A stretch of DNA of 15,710 nucleotides from Oligoflexales bacterium. GTDB taxonomy: Bacteria > Bdellovibrionota_B > Oligoflexia > Oligoflexales > CAIYRB01. Below the pieces are notes generated by a model that was not told where the DNA came from, ran no database searches, and saw only the letters and a program-made list of their open reading frames with translations. Position numbers and translations under genes: made by a program. Shown in pieces: positions 9,437-15,710 of the stretch; the first letter of the stretch is position 1, and every line of letters starts with the position of its first letter. The stretch is taken from contig JBGSUI010000185.1 of assembly GCA_041736175.1 (NCBI GenBank), forward strand, positions 1 to 15,710. Reading direction: 5' to 3'.

Positions 9437-10322
9437 ACAAATCAGTTCCCTGAACCTGTTCCTCTTTCCAGACCTGTCCAGGCAGAGGGATATATCGACT
9501 CTTTTCATCCTGTCCAATCCTGGCCATGGCATGGGTCTCATCGTGGGTAAAAAAGACCAACCACTTTTCTTGAATCGCTTGTTGGAGAAAAGTTTTTTTC
9601 TCGTCGATCACAAGCTCCCCATAACGGTCATAACCCATGGTAATCGGCAAATGGACCCAGGGTAGACCAGGGATCAAGTCACCAGCGAAGACCACGGTGG
9701 ACCCCTGATCACAGTATTTTGTATGCATATGTCCGGGAGTATGGCCATGGGTTTCAAAAAACCTAAGCTTGTCCTCAAATTGACCACCAGGCATGCGATC
9801 ACCCTCCACAACAATCATTCTTTTTGAGTCTCTGAGGAGGGTGACAAGTTCTGGAATAAAAGATGCCTGGTCCCTTGGATGGGGACTAAGCGCCCTCTCC
9901 CAGGCTTTGTGAGATACGACGTACTTTGCCTTTGGAAAAAGGAGCCGGTCTCCTGAAATTTTTCGCTCTGCATAGGTGGGTAAGAGTCCCCCTGCATGAT
10001 CAAAATGCAAGTGGGATAGGATTACAAAATCGATTTCTGAATCTCTCATTCCAAGAGCTTCCAATTTATGGAGAAGTACGTGCTCTGATTCCCGAACGCC
10101 ATAGCGATCTGCTAGCTTGGGCTCAAAAAAAGCTCCAATCCCCACCTCGCAAAGAATGTTGCAGTCTCGTTCTTGAATCAGCAGGCTTCGACAGGCGAGG
10201 GGAATTCGATTGTCGGAGTCTGGTTTGACCCACTTTTCCCATAGGGTTTTTGGTGCATTTCCAAACATAGCACCCCCGTCAAGCCACTGCTGGTTTCCTC
10301 CGAGTGCATAGATCTTTGCCAT
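9420..10322 (-). CDS. Metallo-beta-lactamase-fold hydrolase, YtnP-like / AHL-lactonase-like family
   Basis: LDGGAMFG N-terminal motif, SHLHFDHAGG (HxHxDH), GHTPGH, FAGDL, MGYD and FFTHD. AAGGGG RBS upstream; 17-nt convergent overlap with the cyclase gene. Confidence 0.92.
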   Translation of the reverse strand: MAKIYALGGNQQWLDGGAMFGNAPKTLWEKWVKPDSDNRIPLACRSLLIQERDCNILCEVGIGAFFEPKLADRYGVRESEHVLLHKLEALGMRDSEIDFVILSHLHFDHAGGLLPTYAERKISGDRLLFPKAKYVVSHKAWERALSPHPRDQASFIPELVTLLRDSKRMIVVEGDRMPGGQFEDKLRFFETHGHTPGHMHTKYCDQGSTVVFAGDLIPGLPWVHLPITMGYDRYGELVIDEKKTFLQQAIQEKWLVFFTHDETHAMARIGQDEKSRYIPLPGQVWKEEQVQGTDLSSLRA

Positions 10323-10375
10323 AAAATACCCCTTGACTTACGCAATCTACAATTACGGATTCATTCTCTGAGCTT

Positions 10376-10444
10376 CAGTAGTTTTGCCGAAATAAAAAGT
10401 TTGAGCAAGTGACTATTATTTAGGCGATTCGGCAAAAACACTAG
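10376..10444. repeat. Imperfect inverted repeat with core TTTTGCCGAA / TTCGGCAAAA
   Basis: gttttgccgaa at 10381-10391 and ttcggcaaaaac at 10428-10439, with outward similarity continuing (cagta / cactag). Confidence 0.6.
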
Positions 10445-10477
10445 AACCTACGGGGATTGCGGCAGTCCAAACTCAAG

Positions 10478-10500
10478 TTATCAACACCTTCTGTGGATAA
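10478..10500. promoter_or_regulatory. Pair of oppositely oriented DnaA boxes
   Basis: TTATCAACA (10478-10486, one mismatch), 5-nt spacer, then TGTGGATAA (10492-10500, a perfect TTATCCACA on the minus strand). Confidence 0.55.
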
Positions 10501-10734
10501 CTCAAATCTCCCAATATCTATAGCAGACTATAGAAACGCATATCCTGAAAACACCATTTTTTATAGGCTTTTTCCAGCTTAATGCAATTTTAATGGGAAT
10601 GTTTTTTTTCCAATTTTTTTCCTGGATTTTTTTTTTCAACTTAGCTAACCTCGAATCCCGTGTGCTTTGCACTGCCTTTGCCTTAAGCCATCTTCCAAGA
10701 AGTCGCACTAAAACCCAGTGCTCTCACCCCCACT

Positions 10735-11469
10735 TTATGACTCAGTTATCTTTGACAAACAAAATTTTGTTTCTCTTGGATCGAGAAGTTTTGGGTCTTT
10801 ACAAATAGGATTTGCGTTGCAAGATTGGGACTTATCGGTAAAGCAAACAAAAGAGACCACCTTTTTTTGATTTGCTTCTAGACTGCACTGATCGATCTTC
10901 CATTGGCCTTGGAGCTTACTATCAACTTGCTGGTTGACAGTCTCACTCTTTCCAAAAGCCGTAACAATCCCTGTTTTGCTACAAGAAAACCCCCCGCTGC
11001 TGGCAGTGGCGAGGACCTGAGTGGCATGACAATCTAGAGTCGCACGGTCATAAGCTTTTCCTGCTTCATGACATTCTTTCATTTTGAGGGGGTAGAAAAA
11101 CCCATCATAGACCACAGCTTCCGCCGCTGTTTCGGTACCGGTTGCTGCCCCCGTGGAGCTCATGGGCGAGATTTCGGGAGATTTTGGTGGAGATGGGTTT
11201 TCAAGGGGCTTTTCTGAAGGTGCCTGGGAATTTGAATTCCCAAGCACTGATTCTTGTGGCTGCCCTGTTGGTTGGTTTTTAGTTGCATCGTCCACGCGTT
11301 CGGGACTGACCATTGCTTGGGGAAACTCGTCTTCGGGTGTTCTGCGCTTAATCGTATTTGGCTCCTGCTGTGAAGCACAGGACCATATTCCTAACGCACA
11401 GCCCCCAAGCGCTACCCCTAAAACCCAGTGAGACCGATGATGTGACTTAAATTTTTGAACTCGGAGCAT
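10735..11469 (-). CDS. Hypothetical lipoprotein with a Pro/Ser/Glu-rich linker and an 8-Cys C-terminal domain
   Basis: Strong AAGGAGG RBS, basic N-region, hydrophobic stretch and lipobox-like IWS|C. A disordered linker leads to a domain of about 125 aa with 8 Cys. Confidence 0.8.
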   Translation of the reverse strand: MLRVQKFKSHHRSHWVLGVALGGCALGIWSCASQQEPNTIKRRTPEDEFPQAMVSPERVDDATKNQPTGQPQESVLGNSNSQAPSEKPLENPSPPKSPEISPMSSTGAATGTETAAEAVVYDGFFYPLKMKECHEAGKAYDRATLDCHATQVLATASSGGFSCSKTGIVTAFGKSETVNQQVDSKLQGQWKIDQCSLEANQKKVVSFVCFTDKSQSCNANPICKDPKLLDPRETKFCLSKITES

Positions 11470-11501
11470 ATATCCTCCTTATGAAACTTTGTCTTGAATA
11501 C

Positions 11502-11529
11502 TTTTCGACATTTCATCAAGACATCTTCA
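11502..11529 (-). promoter_or_regulatory. Candidate sigma-28-type promoter for the lipoprotein gene
   Basis: Minus strand reads TGAAG, 15 nt, GTCGAAAA, ending 32 nt before the ATG. Confidence 0.45.
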
Positions 11530-11679
11530 TAAAAATTAAGGGATAACGCTAACACGCTTATTTGATTAACCAAAAAGCCATATCGAGACAAGGATTATCA
11601 CACCGTCCCAAATCAAACATCAAGACGGTCCTATAACCATAGGTATTTAAACGAGAAATCCTACAAGAGGCTCCAGACT

Positions 11680-12303
11680 CTAGTGTTTAACGAGGTAAGC
11701 CAATAAAAGGTCTGCTATTTCCTCAACGATCTGGTCTGTTGTCCAGGTCATGGGATCCTGGGTGAGTAGGGTTGCATGGATAAGACTGTCCACGGTTTCC
11801 ACCACCACAAACGCAGCCATAGCCAGGTCTTGGACTCGAATTTGGTCTTTGCGAGCGTCTAACTGGCGTTTGACCATTTCCCTCGTTTCTCGATGTAATT
11901 CAGTGAGATTTTTAATCTTACCCACATTTGGAATCTGCTCTTGTAGCACCGCGTGGAGTTTTGGATTCACGGCATGAATGGCGACCATTGCTCGGATTGT
12001 ATCGCGAATAAGATCGGAGAGGTCTCTGCTTCCCACATCACCCATTGAGTGACGACAGATATCCGCCATATCCCGGTAATGCCTCTCAATCAAAGCAGCA
12101 ACTAAAGCCTCTTTGTTTGGAAAATATTGGTATAATGACCCAATACTGACTCCAGCCTTAAGAGCTATCTTATTAGTACTCGCCTTTTCATAACCTTCAC
12201 TAACGAGCACCTGGGATGTAGCCTCTAAAAGGGCATCCACAGTCTCTCTTGATCGATCTTGTCTCGGCAATTTTCGCGGTGTTATTTCTTGTCTCATCGG
12301 CAT
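11680..12303 (-). CDS. TetR/AcrR family transcriptional regulator
   Basis: PRKLPRQDRSRETVDALLEAT...GYEKASTNKIALKAGVSIGSLYQYFPNKEAL is a TetR HTH. GGGGAGGG RBS upstream. Confidence 0.96.
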   Translation of the reverse strand: MPMRQEITPRKLPRQDRSRETVDALLEATSQVLVSEGYEKASTNKIALKAGVSIGSLYQYFPNKEALVAALIERHYRDMADICRHSMGDVGSRDLSDLIRDTIRAMVAIHAVNPKLHAVLQEQIPNVGKIKNLTELHRETREMVKRQLDARKDQIRVQDLAMAAFVVVETVDSLIHATLLTQDPMTWTTDQIVEEIADLLLAYLVKH

Positions 12304-12616
12304 CGTAAACCCTCCCCTTCAGGTTGACAATATTATCATAAAAGTGGCCCCTTCCTTTTGCGAGTCTTTTTCTCTTGACCAACTTATAAAAAGCACCTCT
12401 TGTTTTATAAATTGCCACTCGGTACAGCGGCTTACAATAGTTCTGGGTATTTACAATGTATTAATTTAGAGCTAGTCTCAGGACCTCACTAAAATTTTTT
12501 GCCAGCATAAAACTAAAAAAACCATAAATTAATGAGGAATTTTGATAAAAATAGTAAACAAAAAACCAATAACCCTTTTTAAAGATTGAGACTTACTTTT
12601 TATCTGAAAATAGATT

Positions 12617-12643
12617 TAAGGATTTTATTGGCGACACCGAATT
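12617..12643 (+). promoter_or_regulatory. Candidate sigma-28-type promoter
   Basis: TAAG (12617-12620), 15 nt, ACCGAATT (12636-12643), ending 36 nt before ATG 12680. Confidence 0.5.
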
Positions 12644-12679
12644 CAGTCCTAGTGAAATTCGACGGAGGTCGCCTCAACG

Positions 12680-13417
12680 ATGTCAGCTATCATAAAAAAG
12701 CAAAACCCACAGGGACTGGATCTCGCCTACGCCCATCATTCTGCAGTAGGTAGAGTAAGGTCTGAACAAGTTTATGAAAACATCGAAAAGGCCAAATCAA
12801 GCCCCAAAAAAGAGACTCCTGAAGATCGAGCATTGACACGAGCGATTGGTCTCAGATCCATTGTGGACCGGCTAGAACGGCTTGGGCAAAGGTATATGGA
12901 AAACAAGGATGTAGCCCCTGCTGACCGCATCAGAATGTCCCAGGAGTTTGATGTCCTCAAGCAGGAACTCCAGACCCTCTTGGACCCAAGTCTTCCTCCC
13001 ATTGCCATCCAGGGGGTCGATGGAATGAGTCCGCTTAAGGACCTCAATCTCAAACAATGGACCCCTGAACTCGCCAGTCGCCTAGCAGATGGGATTTTTG
13101 CCGGAGAGCTTGTCGCTAAAGATCTGGTCAACATGCTGGGAAAAGTGATCGACCCCGAAGTAGACCCCCTGCAAATCAACCTTAAGGGCCGCCTGCGCCT
13201 CAGCCCAGAATCTTACTTAAAGCCCTTTGATACTGTGAAATACTTAAACGACCGCAAAACCTACCCCCTCGAGCTTGATCCCCCCTACCCCACTGCCGAA
13301 TGGATCACCGCGACCGCCCTAAGCATTCGCACTTATGTGCTCGAAAATGCAGCATCCGCAGTCAATCTTCATGGGTCCATTGGAACTCAAGATCCCATTC
13401 TTAAACTTTCGGTTTAG
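12680..13417 (+). CDS. Hypothetical protein, probably a highly divergent flagellin-like protein
   Basis: The ORF has a GGAGG RBS. LRSIVDRLERLG...DVAPADRIRMSQEFDVLKQELQTLL resembles the flagellin N-terminal D1 helices, and IRTYVLENAASAVNLHGSIGTQDPILKL resembles the flagellin C-terminal D0 helix. The ORF is well supported; the family call is by eye. Confidence 0.6.
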   Translation: MSAIIKKQNPQGLDLAYAHHSAVGRVRSEQVYENIEKAKSSPKKETPEDRALTRAIGLRSIVDRLERLGQRYMENKDVAPADRIRMSQEFDVLKQELQTLLDPSLPPIAIQGVDGMSPLKDLNLKQWTPELASRLADGIFAGELVAKDLVNMLGKVIDPEVDPLQINLKGRLRLSPESYLKPFDTVKYLNDRKTYPLELDPPYPTAEWITATALSIRTYVLENAASAVNLHGSIGTQDPILKLSV

Positions 13418-13522
13418 TGGTCCTGAGAACCTAGCTTGTCCTTGCTAGAGAGAGACCGATCAGGCATGGTCCTAGTGGGATTCTGACCAATCACAGAGCC
13501 CTAACCGCTACACAAAGGGCCT

Positions 13523-14089
13523 ATGGAAACGCCGCATATACACCTTTATCTTTTAGGATTGGGGTCAAACCTTGGTCCCTCTCGGCAAACTTTTATGGAT
13601 GCCATTGCATTGATCAGGCAAAATGTGGGGCCTGTTGTCGACCAAGCCCCCCTTTACGAGTCCCTCCCCCAAGGCGGGGTTGCAGACCGGGTGTTTCTCA
13701 ATAGTGCCCTCCTCTGCCGTTCAAATCTTTTCCCTGATCAATGCATGCAGCAGCTTCTAGAGATTGAAAACAGCCTAGGTCGGAGTCGCCAACGTAAATG
13801 GGACAATCGCACCATTGACCTGGATATTTTGATGGGAGTGGTTCTACCTTCAAAAATGATGGTCTACCAATCACCCCTTGCCACGATTCCCCACCCGCTT
13901 ATGCTAGAGCGTGATTTTGCCTTGCTCCCCAGTGCTCAGCTCGTTCCCCTCTGGGTTCATCCCGTTTCCGGACGATCTCTTATAGAGGAGGTCCGGCACC
14001 GCTCGTTTACCCTGGGAAGCTGCCTAAAAACAGTCACCATTGGTAACCCATCCCCACCACCCCCTGACGGGTTATCACCGTTGATTTAA
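13523..14089 (+). CDS. folK: 2-amino-4-hydroxy-6-hydroxymethyldihydropteridine diphosphokinase (HPPK)
   Basis: LGLGSNLG, LYESLP, FLNSA, IENSLGRSR..KWDNRTIDLDIL and IPHPLMLERDFALLP. Confidence 0.96.
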   Translation: METPHIHLYLLGLGSNLGPSRQTFMDAIALIRQNVGPVVDQAPLYESLPQGGVADRVFLNSALLCRSNLFPDQCMQQLLEIENSLGRSRQRKWDNRTIDLDILMGVVLPSKMMVYQSPLATIPHPLMLERDFALLPSAQLVPLWVHPVSGRSLIEEVRHRSFTLGSCLKTVTIGNPSPPPPDGLSPLI

Positions 14090-15215
14090 TGGTTTCTTGG
14101 CACTCTTCAAGGGGCGGGCAAGACCTTGTCGTGTTTGCAAGACCGAGAGATCTAAGTGCTGCCACCTGTATAAACCACGATTCTTTGACAAAATAGTTGT
14201 ATTCCAAGTCCATGTGATAGCCCTTAAGATCGCTTCGCCCCACGAGCGGAAACAGGCCAATTTGGCTTCCTATTCGGTGCTTTTTGGATGGATGACCATA
14301 GAGCTTTAGACCTAAGGCGAGGCTCCCTAAACCAGCCGCTTTAAAGCTCGTTTGCCCCGATTCCTGGTCTATTTGAGACAACAGAGGGATATTTGAAAAA
14401 TAATAGCCGAGTTGTGGAATCAGGACGACTTGAGGGCTATTGAGAATCTCAAAACCAACACGAATTTCAAACGTCGTCCTCAAGAAAGACTCGTTTATTG
14501 TAGTTTCAGGGTCAACTTTTTTGGACTCTACTGTTTCAAAACTATGAGCCTCACCTTTTAAGCTGAGGGCCCAGCCATTCTCCCATAGGCTAAAAGACTC
14601 CAGAGTTGTGCTACCGATAGAAGAAGCTCCATCATAGATTGAGGTTCCACCGACTGCTTGTAGTTTTTCTTGGCCGGCCCCTAATTTAAGCACCAAAAGT
14701 CTTTCCTGAGCCCTACGGTACGGCTCCAAACTCTTAGCTGCTTTTCGCTTAACTTGAGGAGCTGCATATGGGTCATCCACATCCAGAAAGAGTAGGGCGT
14801 CGTCAAAGGTTTGCTCTTTGTTGTTGGGATCATCCTTGTTGGAATCATCCGTTGAAGGTTCTTCACTGGGGAGATCGGTCTCCTGTGGAGCCAAGGTGGA
14901 TACTGGGCTTTTGTTCTGAGGGCCCGCTACTAACTTTTGTTGTAAAGTAACCGGCCCTAACGGATACCCAAACTCATCAATCGCAAAAACTTTGACGTGA
15001 GACCCCTTGGGCAAATCCATAAGCACCCATTGGGAGGTCGTACGAAATCTCTTTTGCACCCCTTGGTCCTCGTAATAACCGATATAATGGTGGACTTCTG
15101 TCGATGGGCTCCACGATAAATGGTATTGGGCTGAGGAACCATGTTGGGGAAGACATAAAGCTGATAGGCATGCCAACATCTTTAAAAGGGGACTTTTTTT
15201 GCCAAGAAAATTCAA
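14034..15215 (-). CDS. Hypothetical exported protein, probable outer-membrane beta-barrel with an N-terminal FN3-like domain
   Basis: Signal peptide, LSWSP...VKVFAIDEFG FN3-like segment, acidic linker, amphipathic beta-strands and C-terminal GVVGMGYQW beta-signal. The start is uncertain (TTG 15215 or ATG 15179). 56-nt convergent overlap with folK. Confidence 0.72.
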   Translation of the reverse strand: MNFLGKKSPLLKMLACLSALCLPQHGSSAQYHLSWSPSTEVHHYIGYYEDQGVQKRFRTTSQWVLMDLPKGSHVKVFAIDEFGYPLGPVTLQQKLVAGPQNKSPVSTLAPQETDLPSEEPSTDDSNKDDPNNKEQTFDDALLFLDVDDPYAAPQVKRKAAKSLEPYRRAQERLLVLKLGAGQEKLQAVGGTSIYDGASSIGSTTLESFSLWENGWALSLKGEAHSFETVESKKVDPETTINESFLRTTFEIRVGFEILNSPQVVLIPQLGYYFSNIPLLSQIDQESGQTSFKAAGLGSLALGLKLYGHPSKKHRIGSQIGLFPLVGRSDLKGYHMDLEYNYFVKESWFIQVAALRSLGLANTTRSCPPLEECQETIKSTVITRQGVVGMGYQW

Positions 15216-15331
15216 GGTGCACTCGATTTCTTTGATATCCTTGGGTACTGATTTAAACCTTACCTAAGGTTAATAGCTCCAAGGGCAAAGAAGCAAGCGA
15301 AGGTAGCCTAAAAAAAAATTTTATGAGTCAC

Positions 15332-15372
15332 AAATAAAAACCCCCGGTTTACTTTCGTAATCCGGGGGTTTT
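15332..15372 (-). terminator. Rho-independent terminator of the rRNA operon
   Basis: Minus strand reads AAAACCCCCGGATTAC-GAAA-GTAAACCGGGGG-TTTTTATTT directly after the 5S gene. T-tracts on both sides suggest it is bidirectional. Confidence 0.92.
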
Positions 15373-15379
15373 CTATTAT

Positions 15380-15497
<118 letters not shown>

Positions 15498-15620
15498 AAT
15501 CGGTAATCTTGGCAACTGTGTATCGATACTCGCTTCTTTGAGCGCAACATTTTCTTTTAGGATTCTCTTGTGTTTCTCCACCCTAGAGGCAAAAAACCTT
15601 TTAGGTAGAGAGTCGTGGCT

Positions 15621-15710
15621 ATTATTAAGCCTCACGGCTAATTAGTACTGGTCAGCTCCGGATGTTACCACCCTTCCACTCCCAGCCTATCAACGTCCTG
15701 GTCTAGAACG
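15621..15710 (-). rRNA. rrl: 23S ribosomal RNA, 3' end (partial; continues beyond the window)
   Basis: Plus strand TTAAGCCTCACGGCTAATTAGTACTGGTCAGCT...CCCAGCCTATCAACGTC is the reverse complement of the conserved 23S 3' terminus. The 3' end is approximate. Confidence 0.96.

Noticed and set aside
9420..10322. MBL protein as a cAMP phosphodiesterase partnering the cyclase
   Set aside because: Its motifs (LDGGAMFG, MGYD) fit the YtnP/lactonase-like group, and it is convergent rather than co-transcribed.
10502..10708. 68-aa Lys-rich ORF
   Set aside because: The Lys content comes from the A/T tracts, and I see no RBS or recognisable motif. It is probably spurious.
11020..11085. c-type cytochrome motifs in the lipoprotein (MKECH, TLDCH)
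   Set aside because: Neither has the first Cys of CxxCH.
12325..12338. Fur box
   Set aside because: The half-sites resemble TGATAAT but are arranged 7-0-7, not the 7-1-7 of Fur boxes.
124..15222. The many 60-135 aa ORFs nested in or antisense to the main genes
   Set aside because: They lie almost entirely within well-supported genes and have no recognisable motifs.

Overview
This is a chromosomal window from a bacterium whose gene content suggests Bdellovibrionota/Oligoflexia or a related deltaproteobacterial-type lineage (inference only). From left to right it holds: an S8 subtilase gene cut off just before its catalytic Ser by an AT-rich foreign-looking segment at the left edge; leuS-hemJ; a coupled pair of a GT51 transglycosylase with a long N-terminal extension and a CHASE2 class III adenylate cyclase; a YtnP-like metallo-beta-lactamase-fold hydrolase; a Cys-rich lipoprotein; a TetR regulator; a very divergent flagellin-like protein; folK; a probable outer-membrane beta-barrel; and the 3' end of an rRNA operon (terminator, 5S, end of 23S) on the minus strand. 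The signals not explained by the gene list are recurring sigma-28 (FliA)-type promoters in front of non-flagellar genes, a cryptic flagellin derivative with a sigma-28 promoter and a CsrA-type GGA hairpin, a possible AsmA-like/GT51 fusion, the protease disruption, and an intergenic region with paired DnaA boxes. I saw no CRISPR array, tRNA or complete mobile element.
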